A stretch of 64,000 nt of DNA from Antedon mediterranea (taxonomy: Eukaryota; Animalia; Echinodermata), in contig NC_092675.1 in NCBI RefSeq assembly GCF_964355755.1, positions 8,179,812 through 8,243,811 on the forward strand. The letters are read 5' to 3'. Positions within the stretch are counted from its first letter, which is position 1; each line of letters begins with the position of its first letter. The notes below the pieces were generated by a model, which saw only the letters and a list, made by a program, of their open reading frames with translations, was not told the origin of the DNA and did no database searches. This document shows positions 1 through 13,680 of the stretch, one piece after another. Position numbers and translations under genes: made by a program.

Positions 1-66
1 TCCTCAAGCACAGCCTGTTCTTTCTTTTTGTAGTTATCGGAGTTGCTCATGTCCAAGCATTCCCGA
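1..66 (+). pseudogene. Signal-peptide exon, 5'-truncated by the window edge (..LKHSLFFLFVVIGVAHVQAFP); copy 1 of a repeated first exon
   Basis: Near-identical to the exon at 15674-15755. Hydrophobic core followed by a VQA|FP cleavage-like motif. Similarity to the other copies stops before their splice donor. Confidence 0.65.
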
Positions 67-465
67 CGTTGTTTTTTAGTTATATATATAATTTTAAATA
101 AGCTAATGACCTTTTATATGAATGAATTAACACATTTTATTAGATTTCAAATCCACAAATTAGTTTAAAGAATGTTTTGCTTGAAGTGCAATTTGAATCA
201 GTGATTTTGCAGGATCACTATAATTTTGTTGTGTTTTGGAAGGTTGTTCCTTGTTTTAAGAGTTTCCAATTGAGCTGGTAGCAGATCAATCCTAATAACA
301 TTTAAAGAAATCAGTGTTTTTTTTAAAGGATTTTTTTTAACGTAGAACTATAATTGATAATAATGCTGTTGAAGTCTACCTGATAGTATTGTTCCTAGTA
401 GTAGTTTATGATATGGTTATACATTTTCTTTAAATAATCGTGTCCATCAAACTTTGCTAATTTAG

Positions 466-579
466 ATATCAATGATTGTCTCCAGAACCCTTGCTTAAAC
501 CAGGGAATGTGTATCGACGGTGTTAACACGTACGTCTGTTTATGTATGGCTGGATACACTGGTTTAAACTGTCAAACAG
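466..579 (+). CDS. Calcium-binding EGF exon (DINDCLQNPCLNQGMCIDGVNTYVCLCMAGYTGLNCQT), Notch/fibropellin type
   Basis: tttAG acceptor at 464-465 and GT donor at 580. 114 nt, phase 1-1. Canonical six Cys plus the DIND and CxDxxxxYxC cbEGF consensus. Confidence 0.9.
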
Positions 580-617
580 GTATAGGTGTTATAATAATAG
601 ATAACACAGTTCATTAT

Positions 618-848
618 AAAGATTGTGTGCAGTTTCTAAAGTGAGTGTATTTTACCTGAATTTGTGCATTTTACCGTCCTGATTTTTATATAATACCGAT
701 TGTGTGCATTTTACCGACCTTGTACAATTTACCGACTGTGTGTTTTAAAGATTGTTTAATTAAATTTACTCATTGTGTGTATTCTACCAAGTGTGTGCAT
801 TTTACCGATTGTGTACAGCTTTACTGGCTGTGTACACTTTTCCGACGT
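618..848. repeat. Degenerate ~20-bp minisatellite (TTTTACCGATTGTGTGCA-like)
   Basis: About 10 diverged units visible. Confidence 0.6.
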
Positions 849-851
849 ACC

Positions 852-3188
852 TCTCTTAAATTGGTGGACTGAATATTCAATCGATACGGTTGATTTTTCA
901 ACTTTTGGCCGACTGTGAGTAGGGACAAATCGGATTGATTAAAATAACGATTGAGAATGTTTCAATCGATTCAAAGATTGAAAAATTTCAAACTAAGATG
1001 ATTGGAAAAATTATTTTTTCAACCAAAATCGATTGACTTTTTGTTTAAATACGATGCTTAAAAAAGATACGTTTCTTATATATATATTCCATTTTGATTT
1101 TATTGAACATAACAAATAACAGTATATTACAATAGTCAAGACACTGCTGTAGTCTTTGTCTTTCAGTATTATAATTATAAATTCAAAAACTATCTTATAT
1201 GCATTGGTGATATACCCTAATTCTTGGGAGGGCATCTACAAAGTTCACAAATATCATCCAGGAAAATATAGTGCAGCCTAAATAAAAGCCCAACCATGGC
1301 TTCTATAATGTGTCTGAATGAAAGTACATGTTGAGTTATGATTACCGTCCAATTGACAATAAATATGGCTGTCGGTATTGCAAATTTTTGTCCTGAATAC
1401 TCTTTTCTAACATCTGTTGCATCCTGTAAGAATAACAAAAAGCATAACAAACTGTTATTTATCATAAAATATTTGATAAATGTATGCATCTTTAGTAGTA
1501 GTACTGTACTATATTTATCATTGAAAATTTTTTATTTTTAATATGGTCTTAAAAAGCAACGGTGAATAGTTTTGCTATTCAATCAGAAAAGAGTATCATA
1601 TAAAACTCTTTTCTCTAATTTAAGTAAATTTTGACATTCGTAATTTTTAAAATGAAAATAAAAACTGTACTATTAATTATGCTTACATGGATATGTTGAA
1701 TGAACAAATTCACAGCTTCTGATTTGGTCCATGCTCTGTATAAGATTGGTCTAGTGCACAAAATAAATTATAAAACATTAATAATAGTAACACAAATAGT
1801 AAAAATAATAGGCTAGTTCAGAATCAGTCAAGCCACCAATAATTAGGCAATCTTTTTCTAGCATCAGGTCGGTATGTCGAGTAGTTTCTTCTAGGTTGGA
1901 AATATTTTTTAATCCAGTCCCTGTTCAGTTTTAAAGCTTAAAAAACACGAATATACACAATTGACATGTATAAATACATTACAGTGATTTAAATACAGAT
2001 ATACAACATATTATTATTACTTACTATCAAAAAATAAATATAAATAGTTCAAGATGATGTCCATGTTGTTATTGTGAATGATTGCAGCCCGAAATATCAT
2101 TGACATTGTGTAGTCAAGCATTTTTCCTGTGCAATAGATAGAAATAATATGTTTCTACTAAATGTTATAGTACTGTACAGTATACACAGTATAGCCTATC
2201 GTCATTATTTATTAATATTACAATTATTAATTATATCATAATTTATTCGTAGGACGCCTAGGCTAGGCCCTACTAGAGGTTCTAGGTCTAGGCCTCTAGG
2301 GCCTAGTCTAGGAAATAGAATTAAAGTAGGGCCTAGGCTTAGTAACTAGCCTAGGCTATGCCTATTTATTATTAGACCTAGCTCTTCTCCAGCTAGACCT
2401 ACTAGTTAGGCCTAGCCTACTAGGCTAGTACTAGCCTAGGCCTAGGCTAGCTAGGGTAGAACGTCATCAACAATATACAACAAATACACAAAGTAACGTT
2501 TTTTAGTATTCATTAAAATGAAATGCCTATTCAACTAGGCTAGGCCTAGCCTAGATAGAATAATATTCAAAGCATAACACATTTGATTTAGTAAATCTAA
2601 CCTAGGCTACTCACTAGCTAGGCCTAGGCCTATAGCCTAACTCGATAACCGGCAAAAATAAACTCGAGCCGTAACAGTACACCACACTCGCTGCTGTCAC
2701 GTCAACTAGCCTACTAAACTAGATCTGTGCTGCTGTGGCCAGAAAATGTGCGCGGTGGTGGTGGTGTGAATGTAGGCCTCAATGTAGCGTATGCCTTAGA
2801 TTCAATTTAAAATAAATGATTACCAACCTTCTAAAATAGATATTGATTCAATTGGCATATGTTACGAATACGGTAGCTCGTAAATTGTTGGCAAAGAATC
2901 TAAAATACGATCGAAGAGCATGAAGACACTGACTCTGAAGATCAGGCGGGTGGCCGGGCGGGAAGCGAGGATCGGAGGGAATTGACAAACTTTTGTTGTC
3001 CGCGCGCTTTCACGTCACAATATATTAGGCGCTGATTGGATGTTGTAATCAAACTTTCTATCAGTTGAAACTTTATTTTCAACTGGAGCGTATTTCACGT
3101 TCATGAATACCATATTCAGTCTAAAAAGTTTGGTTTTAATCATCAAACGTAAATACGATCGAAATTTCCAATCGATGAATTTAAGAGA
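852..3188 (-). mobile_element. Probable decayed TIR DNA-transposon (CMC-like) remnant with a SAMD3-like coding fragment at about 1150-1425
   Basis: Inverted ends TCTCTTAAATT (852) / AATTTAAGAGA (3188) with weaker similarity further in. The minus-strand peptide AMVGLLFRLHYIF...ELGY...FEFI resembles the LLFxxxYxFxxxYP motif of transposon-associated SAMD3-like proteins. No TSD seen. Confidence 0.35.
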
Positions 3189-3646
3189 TCATCGCACATT
3201 TTATTTTGTGGTGATTTAACAAAAAATAAACTAATAATTGTATCAAATACAAATAAACAATACTTGTGTAGCAGGAAATGTTTACAATCCGGCTTTCATG
3301 ACGTGTTCAGAAGCAACGAAAGTAAACGGGCCTTGTGGAGTCCCAGCACAAGTAGATAACCAATTCTGTTTCGACAAGACTAATGGATATCACTACCATC
3401 CAACAGACTGTAATAGATTTTACCAATGTTACTGTTATATATTGTGCTCTTGGAATGAATGATAACACTAAGTATTTCACTAAGAAATCAGACCATGTGC
3501 TACGGTACTGTTCAGCCATCTTGTAGAACTCTTTGATTAGTCTCCAATCCAGTCGTTAAATTGCTAATATGAATATATTACATTACTTCCTTCTTTTAAA
3601 ATTGAGTCAAGTGATACAGGTATTGATTATAGTATGGCTATCTAAC

Positions 3647-4220
3647 ATTCAATTAAATTCAATTCAATTAAAACTTTATTATCCCCATGGGGAAACTCTG
3701 TTGGCCTTTTCAACAGTACAGTACATACAAATATAAAATGGATACAGTACATAAAATATAAAATACGATAAAAAAAGCCATACAAAATATACATATAAAA
3801 TCCTAAAAAGTCGATTTAAAATACTACAAAAAATAAAACTAGCGCATAAAATACGATTATACGATAATATAATGAATGATATTATCATTCATTATATAAT
3901 CGTATAGCGGCAGGGACGAATGAATTGCCATATCTATTTGTTTTAATTTTTCTTTGAAGGAGTCTGTCACAACGTTGACTTTTGTTAAATTTATAGTGCA
4001 GAGGATGAGCGTGGTCTTTTAAAATAATTTTCAATTTTTTAATTACTAATTCCTTATATAAAACTTCAGGTTGAATTTGTTCAGAGCCTACTATTCTACT
4101 GCCTTGTTTAACTATTTTATTAAGTAAAAGTCTATCTTTAAAACGTGAATTACCATAATAACATATTAGGCAAAAACTAAGTAACAATAAACATAATGCA
4201 TATAACAAAAACAAGATCTT
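3647..4220 (-). mobile_element. 5'-truncated LINE 3' end (Rex1/Babar-like) nested in the LTR element
   Basis: ORF tail HPLH...KTNRYGNSFVPAAIRLYN*, followed by TTTCCCCATGGGGATAATAAAG and a (TTGAA)n-like tail on the minus strand. Confidence 0.75.
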
Positions 4221-4871
4221 CTAGATTTAAATTAACTATATAATGATTATATCTTATGTCCCTTTTCCTTTCTCTCTCTTTACATCAGATGTGGTATCCA
4301 ACATCATGTGATTAGGAAGTATTATTTTAACCAATCGTCCTATTTTAACTTCATACTTTCTTGGACCTAATACCTTTATTACTATGCCATTTAGCCATTT
4401 GTCTTTTCCTTTACCTTGTCTTCTCATGTTTTTCACTTTTACTTTGTCTGACACTGAAAAGGTTTTTTCTGATTGTGTTTTAGGATCTTTATGTAGTTTT
4501 TGGCTATATTGTTTACATTCTATTCGTTCTCAAACCAAATTTTCTTAGCTTAGAATCTGTTGTCGATTGAATAATATGTGATTTAATCTCTCCACTAATA
4601 TCATGGAAATCAAACTTATCAGCTTGTTCACGTAGTCTAATATGATACACGTCAATTCTCTCAAATTTATTTTGCTGTAACTTTCTAAATTTCGATCTTT
4701 CAAATTCACTGTTCGATGATGGTAAGAAGTAATTTTTCAAACTTCTTTTGCCTGTACGTATGTCGTACCTTTATTTGGTAGCATTTCAAATATGTTAAAG
4801 TTACCTGGGCCAATGAAGTGTAGCAGTAGTGCTCTCTTCCTTACGTCAGCAGTCACGTTCGCCGCCACTAA

Positions 4872-5050
4872 AGCTTGGTTCCCACTAGAACGTAACGCAA
4901 GGACGTAAACGCAACGCAAGCGTTTTAACCAATAACAAGCGAAGTTATAGACAGTTAGCAATCACAAGCGAATAAGCCATCGCTTGTGATTGGTCAATTC
5001 ACCTGCGTTGCGTTACGTCCTTGCGTTGCGTCGCTAGTGGGAACCACGCT
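4872..5050. mobile_element. 179-bp palindromic PIF/Harbinger-type (Tourist-like) MITE inside gag
   Basis: TIR AGC(T/G)TGGTTCCCACTAG and TAA TSD (4869-4871, 5051-5053). Removing it restores the gag frame DNYL-VAAN. Confidence 0.85.
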
Positions 5051-5644
5051 TAAGTAGTTATCAAACCTGTCGATCCATCTCACCCATTCTTGTATGGTTG
5101 GATCAAAATACTCCACCGATATGTTAAATTTATACATTATTGCTTACTTATCATATTCACAGAGTTCACTTATCCACAATTCTCGTCGCCAATGTTATAT
5201 ATTGTGCTCTGGGAATGAATGATAACACTAAGTATTTCACTAAGAAATCAGACCATGTGCTAATGTTCAGCCATCTTGTAGAACTCTTTTATTAGTCTCC
5301 AATCTAGTCGTTAAATTGCTAATATGAATACATTACAGTTACCAAGGTACAACATACCATAAAACATGTAAGCCTGGACTTTTCTTCAATGGTGAAGTAA
5401 CACCTGTAAGGTGTGACTATCCATCAAACGTACCTAGGTGTAATTAATTGTCTCAAATATGTTTAAATTGCCAGTGGCATAGTAAATTTCAACAATGGAT
5501 ATTAAAATGTCCGATACTACGCTTTTAAGCTATTTTTACTAGCTGATCCATATTTCATAATGATATATAATTTATGTAATTATTAGCTGGATAGTTTTTC
5601 TGTGGCGAAAGCCCTATAATAATAAAGAAGTATAGATACATTAA

Positions 5645-6010
5645 GGTATGTTGTATTGTAAATTAGTCAATCTATTAATACCTTAATGTTAGTTTGAATA
5701 ATTTAAACTAAATTAATTTGTACAACCAAAGATTAAAACTTTTCGAAATAAAGAGATGTTTATAATAAGGTGTTGCTTCTTATAATGCTCTTCTATGACT
5801 AACTGGAAACAACCATCACATTTTAAAATGTTGTATTGTAAATTGTTCGATCTAATAATACCTCAATGTATGTTAATTTGAATAATTTAAACTAAAATAA
5901 TTTGTACAACCAAAGATTAAAACTTTTTGAAATAAAAAGATGTTGATAATAATAATGGTGTTGCTTCTTTATGTTTTTCTATGACTAACTGGAAACAGCC
6001 ATTACATTTA
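5645..6010. repeat. Tandem duplication, 2 x ~180 bp, in the 3' UTR region
   Basis: The block TGTTGTATTGTAAATT...CTATGACTAACTGGAAACA occurs at ~5649 and ~5829. Confidence 0.8.
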
Positions 6011-7759
6011 AAAAAATTGTTAAATTTGCTATCGGACGGTGAGACTACTATAACTACAGCCGACATATGGTTGGCCTATTGTTAAACTTTATAAATATAT
6101 CAGTTTGGCATTTCAATTTAATGGGAATGGCAGTTTATAACAATAATTTTCAGAGAATGTTTGGTGCAGCGAATTTTACATTTATTTTCGTGATTTTATT
6201 TCGGTAATATCTACATATTTGCATGCCATTGTTCATAACATTTCTGTAGGCCTATATCAATTATATCATACCTAAACAATAATTATGTTAGTTCAATTGG
6301 TCCAATACATCCTGGTATAGAATTCTTCAGCCAAGTTTCAAAGTTTGTATATATAACATGTTACCTTATAACACACACATTATGTTATGGTCATAATATA
6401 CTATATAATATAGCCTTTAATGTCTCGTATCAGTAAATGGAGACAATTGTAGACCTACTGTAAATGTATTACAAAAAAAATGCTTTTGATTTGAGCACTG
6501 TTACCGAATAATATATCCACACATTTGTGGTGTTGAAAATTTATTCAGAACTTCACATACAATATCACCTATAAAATATCACCTACTGTCTTGTACAATA
6601 CCATAATTATTAATTACAGCTTACAACTGAATGCGTACTCTAATTGAAAGTTACTAAAGTTGTCAAAATATCCATTCCATGTTTTAGTGTTTTTTACGCA
6701 CCAATAATATATAAATAATGAATGTTTATGAGTAATGGTACAAATAATGGCATTTGGTGAATGATGAAAGGTCATATGGAGAAATAGATATTTAGATGTT
6801 AATAATAATAATGAATACCGTAGCTCACGTTATAGGTTATTGAAATGATGCACATAAAGCGACTCCTTATTGTGGAAACTTTTCAAAGAACCTAAAAAAT
6901 ATATTGATGATTATTTACATTTATTCAAATAAGTCTTTCGGTTTCATTTTTTGTGTTAAACTTATTGAACCTTCCTCTACATTCAAAAGTGTATACTTGG
7001 TTCAAGTAATACACTATTTAGCAAGTAGCATGCACAAATTTTGCTTACAGCTAGTCATCATAAAATACATAAAATGTTTTGACTTCTCGAGCACCCGATT
7101 CTGCTACTGTCCACAGGTGCTATCTGTAAAACTATAGAAAGTTATACACGTTGCTGTCTGCTATAAATGCTGTACTTTTAACACATGGTACACTGTCTGT
7201 AGCACAGTGTGTGTTGACAATTTACAATGATGTACAACCATAGGCAGGTTTTCGTACTGCCATGCAAGAATGGATAGGTGTTTTCCGCCGCTTTTAGGCC
7301 TTCTAGTCAATTATTGTTATTATTATACGAATTACGTAATTAGTCTAGTAGCTCATCTACCTTTTTAGCAGGGCATAATGAATATTGTAGCTAGGCTAGG
7401 CCTACTACTAGTCTAGCGGGAAATCAACCAATTATTTGGTTGGATACGAGTTTAGGGTAGGAAGTTAAGTACGAGTTGGCATGGGTACGAGTCGACCAGG
7501 GGTGAATCGACCTGAGTACACCCGGCCGCCCTACTAGAGCATAGGCTACAGGCCTGCAGGAATGGGAAATCTGTCCTAGCTATAGGCATAGGCCTACATT
7601 GGGACGCCCAAAAAAGCCATCCTATGAGCATAAAAAGGCCTCGTAGAGCCAGACATGTATTGTTAACATACACTACACAGTACTACGTCTACCATTTATT
7701 ATAGTTCCATGGTACTACGGATCACTACTATCTAGGTCTAGTAGGGTAGGGTTCCAGTA

Positions 7760-10073
7760 CAGTCGAGCAGCAAAGTGCTCATTTAACCGTTAAAACGCTG
7801 TTTTTTAACTGCGCAGGTCACTGAGCATCGCCAAGTTATAGTGACTTCCGGTTCGCTTTTCACTTCGCGGCAAGCAATTTGCATGGGAATACCCTTACAA
7901 ATCTGCTGCAATTTCCACCATCCGGGTTAAATTATATCTTTCTATATTTGGAAATTGTTACTCCTAATATGGAAGATTATTCCCGCCACAAAATTTTGGT
8001 ATAAATAGCCCAGGAAAGGACGACAGAGCTTATTGAAGAAAAAAGTGCAGATGGAGGTGTTCGTTGAGGTAGGCTACGTGATTTATTTGTTTGGTTTCGT
8101 AGGGAATCCGGCACTTTTCTCATCAGCACGGAACCTTTATAAAAACCTAGTGGTTGGTTATTAGGTTATTAATCTATCTTTTCTGAAAGTTTAAGCTTGG
8201 TTCAGCTTGTGGGACGGATTCAATATCCGTTCAAAGCTGGGGATATATTCTAAGCAGACTCCATCTTGGATTCGTATGTTTAGTACAGGCCGTGTGGTTG
8301 AGTAATTTCAATCCTTCAAAATCACTATGTGCAATCCGTTTTTAAACCAGTTAATATACCAAAATATGTTATTAGTAGCTTTATTATTTTGGATTTGGTG
8401 CTAGTTTGGTAAATATTGCAATATAATTGTAGATTATTTGGTTGTAAAAAAATGTACCAAACTTGTAGTATTATCTAGGCCTAGGCTATAGGCCTAGCCC
8501 ATTTGACGGAAACCCAGTGCTATTTGTAGGCGGATAGAGAGGGCCGCAGGCTAGTTTTTAGTGGCATATCGCCGACTTATTATAATCAATGTGAAGCCAT
8601 ATTATTATTATTATGTTTAAAATGTTGAATCTATATCCACTGGATTATGGATATATATCGTTGGATATTTAAAGAAAGGCCTAGGCCTAGACCTTTTTAT
8701 TTAATTAATTTAGGACTATATTACGGGAAATTCTTTGCCAAAGAAAAGAAAATACGTTATGGCTGTTGGAGGTTTGTAAATATATGACAATAATGTAGCC
8801 TAGGCTAGGAAAGACTGTAGGTAGGATGAGGTAATTTGGATGGTCGTACATATGATATTTATATATACAGTATTGTGTATAGTAGTGATCATGGCGACAA
8901 AATTTAGGATGACTAAAGTTGACATTCAAATTATTTAACTATGTATAGCTCATTATTGGTGTTTTTTTTTTCTTTCAGGTTTCTAAGAATAAACTATCCG
9001 ACTTGTGATTCATCTTGTGCTGCAAAAACAATCCTATTTTGATATTTGTAAATTGATGTACGTAACAGATGTCTTTAAAAATAAAAAAAAAATAAAAATT
9101 TTTATTATCGCGATGATTTAACTCAAATATTGACATATATAACTTGATATTTTAGCCTGAGCAAGATAGTTTGATAGGCATATTTTACTTCGATGTAAAT
9201 AAGATATTACATGTTATACTGTATGTAAAATACTTTTTTGTAAATAAAATTATTTAATGGTGGTTAATTTATTAACTTGTTAATTTGTTTGTTAGTTATG
9301 ATGTTATACTATTAATTATTTAGTTAGTAACCAAAGTGGAGTGGATTCGTGGCAGTTGCAACTTGACTGTAATATGCATATATATAATAATATTTACTTC
9401 TTCTTGGATAAAGTTAAAGCAAAATAAGCAATAATAAAAATTAAATATTTATTTTGCCATAAAGAAAGCAAAAACTAAACATACAGTACTATATGTACAG
9501 TAATACCATGGACCTATAGGTCCATAGTAATACATACTGTAGTATTGAGCACCAGTAGCAGAGATGTCTGGACAATCGAATATAATCGTTATCAGCTGTC
9601 TGGGTACCCAAGGCTAGTGCTAGAAAATGGCGAAAATTCGTGTATTCATTCGCCGTCAGCGAAATGAATCCGGCACTTTTCTCATCAGAAGCAAATCAAC
9701 AAATCCTTTTATCAGTTTGTTTTGATATATAATCTGGATAATATATATTAAAATGGCCTTGGTTCAAGCATGTTTAACAGGTAAAATCAGATTTTTTCCT
9801 ACCTAGGCCCCTTAGCACTGCGGTACCCTACGCCGTGTGGGGGAACCGATCCCGGCAGTATTTCTTAAGTAGCCTATCTTTCGTAAAATCCTTAGTTGAA
9901 TTTTATTAATATAAATTTAATTGTATGAATATGCTATTTAAATGTTATTGACATTTTTTTTTGCTGCATTTTGTAATTCCGCACTACTTGCTTTATCGCG
10001 ATTCCAAGATGGCGGCAATTCAAATTTTGATTTGGTAATAATTCGCGAGGTCAACCACTTTGCTGCCCGACTG
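7760..10073. mobile_element. Nested 2.3-kb TIR element (possibly Tc1/pogo-like)
   Basis: TIR CAGTCG(A/G)GCAGCAAAGTG at both ends, with GTA on both flanks. Internal diverged duplication (GAATCCGGCACTTTTCTCATCAG at ~8104 and ~9666). Confidence 0.6.
9507..9526. other. 20-bp palindrome with 7-bp TSD; putative P-superfamily excision footprint
   Basis: GTAATAC-CATGGACCTATAGGTCCATA-GTAATAC. Confidence 0.65.
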
Positions 10074-12419
10074 GTAATTTCGGTCGCGTTTTTTCAGGAG
10101 GGCATGTGAGAGGTGAGGTAGGTTAGCCCAGCTAGGCTAAACTAACATGTAAGTTGTATTCTACCATGGGATGGGAACGAGTCGGCATGGGGGTACGGGT
10201 TGATCTTTATCCGTATTCTAGGGTGCTGGTCAACCCGTAACGTACCCATGTCAACTCGTACCAAACTTGGCTAACTCGTACCAAAATAATTGGTCAACTC
10301 GTACCAATAGCTTTATAGCTTTATTGATAGCTTGGTTCAAATCTAGGTTGGGACAGTTTTTTCTCATTCTAAAACAGATTTCCTTATATAAATAATAAAA
10401 TAATATCGACCTATGAATTTAACTGTAATATTGTATTATATACATAATATTAGTAGTAATAGTAATTCCCATTGCATTTATTATTATAATATATTTTACG
10501 GTTACCCCTTAATTATACTATAGTATAACTTCCTTGTTATATTTTACAATATTTTCTTCATAATTCAACAATTTTTTTTCACAGCTAATTATCAAACTGA
10601 ATCATCACACACCAAATCTCATGAAATATCTCTAGTGTATTTCTCCAAGCTAATCCAGCTACATGGTATTGCCTTGAGGCTAAACTACACTGTATACTGG
10701 GCACTACCATCATTCCTGGCCCGTCAACCTGGACCACATTATGGTCCAACACAGTCGTGTACTACTGATTCCAAATAGTGAATTACATCCTGTGGTCAAG
10801 GATTTATTTGCACTTATGCTTATTTCCTCCAACATACAGAGTACGTAGGGCGTTTAATTTGCTTTTATACCGGTTAATTAAAAAATCGTTTATGCCTATT
10901 GTTGCATAAAGATCAAATTTAGACTGTAAATACTGGGATGATCACCCTAAATTTTCTTTTTCATTTAACAATTTTATATTTCACAGCCAGAAAAAAGCAT
11001 ACAGGGTTTTTTTTATTCATAACTGTTGAATTGCATCCCAATACATGGTACCTATTGGTATTATATCTATAATAATAAAGTACTCTCTTATAAATAGATG
11101 TATCTTTCCAAACTACTCCAACTACCTAATCTAATAATAGTACTATTAGCATACTACTGTACACTTTGTAGACAAGAAATAAGTTGTATCCACCTAGAGG
11201 ACTTATGGTAGTACTGTACAGTCGATCGTCCTCTCACTGGCCTGGTCAACATAATCTACGCCTACATTATTACAGTAATTAAAGTAGCCTACATTATTAC
11301 AGAGATTTTTTTTTTTCAGAAATCAAAGTTATGTGTATAGAAAGCAGTACTCGTATTAAAAACTAAGCAGGTTGTACTCTTGAACGCAAACTGGCAGGAA
11401 AATTTTGAATATTTTTTGTTGTTGAAATGATGGAATCCTAACTTCAATTTCCACGAACTGGAGACGAAGACATATTACGACCCTTTTATTTAAATTTATT
11501 TGGATAGACCTCCATGTAAATTCATTAAAGGCTATATGATTGTTTTATATTTTAATATGTGATAGTAGAAAATCATTGTGTATAATGAGGACTATGAATC
11601 TGATATTTACTTGCATTCTCATCTTTTTTAAATTGTATTTATAATGCTGGTAATGGATTTACTATTGAAAAAATCATGTGTCCACTTATCTCAAATTGTG
11701 GCACACCTCTAACCTTGGTAATAATAATAATAATAATAATAGGATTTTTATAGCGCACATACCACTCCAGAGTGCTCAAGAACTGACTGTGTTCTATATG
11801 AGTACATTTAATTTACCATATAGTAGTGTTTCCACCATACTTCAACCTGGTAATTGAATACATTTCATCGGGGTAAAATTATCACCTTTAACATAAAGTA
11901 TCCTCCTGAAACATGTATTTGTACTGTACTGCATCTACTATTCATTTTGTACTGCATCTACTATTCATTTAATTACTTAATACTAATTTGGGTGATTTAT
12001 GTCTAACTTCAGGAATGATCTGAGGCTAGAAGAACGAATTTCTGCACATATAATTTATATAAAAAATAAACCAATGTTTTCCTAAAAATTTAACCCCTAC
12101 GTTGATAACTAACAAAGAAATTATTGAAATTGTGTTCTCACAATATATGTGTACTGTATCTACATATGCATACTGCTGTACTTGTTTTTAACCGCATAAT
12201 GGCATTAAAAAAAAGAATGTTTTATAATTATTATGTTATTTCCAAATATTAAAGGTCTGAAACCGAAACTAAATGTTACCAAACTATGTTTTTGAAAATC
12301 TCTATGATATAATATAACAATATGAACATAATATTAAATTATATTGACTATTTTTGATAATCATCATGTCCTTATAAATTCATTTATATTTCTTTTGTGT
12401 AATATAGTTCATATATTAT

Positions 12420-13680
12420 GTATTAAATAAATTGGTAAGGCCCTATACTATTTATATTTAAGGAAAGTTTATATACACTATTATTTTATGCCTACCAATA
12501 TTAGTATTAATTGTTTATGTAACTATTTTGTCTATAATTGCATTGATTTTTTCTATAGGCCAATGGCATTAATGTTTTTCTCAAAGCAAATTAGCCTAAT
12601 AATGCCATATTTAGACACATAATTCATTGATTTCTGATATTCTGTACTTGTGTATGCATTACTAAAATAGTAGTTATTTTATTTCATTTATAATGTATGT
12701 ATAAACATTTATTCAGTTCTTTTTTTACCTTTTTAAGTTTAAAAAATATTAAAATACCTATCAACCTTTCTGTTATTGTTACTATTATAATATTTTTTGC
12801 AGAAGATTGATTTCAATAAAAAAAATTTAAAACATTTAATTTGACTTATACTGTACTATGTTAGTTCAGGAGATGAAGTGTGTGTTGGTAGAATCTGGTG
12901 TGTTTGAGGTTGGTGATGTGAGGTGTATTTTTGTGACTTTAAGACCTAAATTAGATGTTTTCTGAAGAAAAGAAGCAAATATGCTTCCCAATAAAATAGT
13001 ATGTAATAGTGTATATTAAAGTACATTGAATGAATTCGAGCGGAAAAATAACACACATAAAAAAACATTCATTTCCTTGTCGAAAAGCGCCCTCTCTAGT
13101 TTTCTATCCATAACCCTAATTTTTAATGTTCAATGTGATATTTATTGAAGTGCTTTGAATACGTTGACGAAATTTTGAGGTATGACACCTTGTTCGGAGT
13201 AGAATCAGCTTCCAGCATTAAATGTTAAAAATAAGTTTATATTACTCATTAATTAATAATAATTATTAATAAAAAAATAGAAAACTAGAGAGGGCGCTTT
13301 TCGACAAGGAAATGAATTATTTTTTATGTGTGTTATTTTTCCGCTTCCGAGTTTATTCAATGTAGTGTAATATACACTGTTACATACTATTTTATTGGGA
13401 AGTAATTATTTTTGTGTGAATCTTCTTGGAGTTGTTTGAAAGCCTATCCACTTACTTCTTTTCTTCAGAAAACATCTAATTTAGGTCTTAAAGTGACAAA
13501 AATACACCTCACATCACCAACCTCCAACACACCAGATTCTACCAACACACACTTCATCTCTCCTGAACTAACATAGTACAGTATAAATCAAATTAATTGT
13601 TTACCATTTTTTTTATTGAAATCAATCTGCCTCAAAAAATATTATAATAGTAACAATAACAGAAAGGTAGATAGGTATTT
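12420..13680. repeat. Dispersed repeat family A, arranged as an inverted pair (12755-13106 vs 13278-13680)
   Basis: TAGAAAACTAGAGAGGGCGCTTTTCGACAAG and flanks present in both orientations. The family recurs at 16700-17436 and 40800-42600. Confidence 0.8.

Larger units (their letters stand above)
3433..5337 (-). mobile_element. Internally deleted Ty3/Gypsy (Mag-like) LTR retrotransposon
   Basis: LTRs 3433-3582 and 5193-5337 (TG..CA). 5-bp TSD GTTAC (3428-3432, 5338-5342). Minus-strand PBS TGGCGACGAG next to the right LTR and purine tract next to the left LTR. Gag remnants (EWVRWIDRFDNYLVAAN..RKRALLLHFIG; ERSKFRKLQQ) and an integrase C-terminal remnant (KWLNGIVIKVLGPRKYEV). Confidence 0.9.
3262..5447 (+). 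pseudogene. Terminal exon with chitin-binding type-2 (CBM14/peritrophin-A) domains, split by an LTR element: coding 3262-3432 + 5343-5447
   Basis: Removing the LTR element and one TSD gives ...CVAGNVYNPAFMTC...FCFDKTNGYHYHPTDCNRFYQCY|QGTTYHKTCKPGLFFNGEVTPVRCDYPSNVPRCN*, i.e. half of one ChtBD2 and one full 6-Cys ChtBD2. Confidence 0.85.

Noticed and set aside
144-242. Exon-like open stretch (ISNPQISLKNVLLEV...)
   Set aside because: Phase 0-0 does not fit the phase-1 neighbours, and no motif was recognised.
7452-7673. 73-aa ORF duplicated at 13702-13923
   Set aside because: Non-ATG start, lies within the TIRs, and has no recognisable motif; the identity reflects the inverted repeat.
8085-8132. 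Hammerhead-like CTGATGA...CGAAAC on the minus strand
   Set aside because: No stem III or NUH site, weak stem II, and the paralogue at ~9666 lacks the GAAA.
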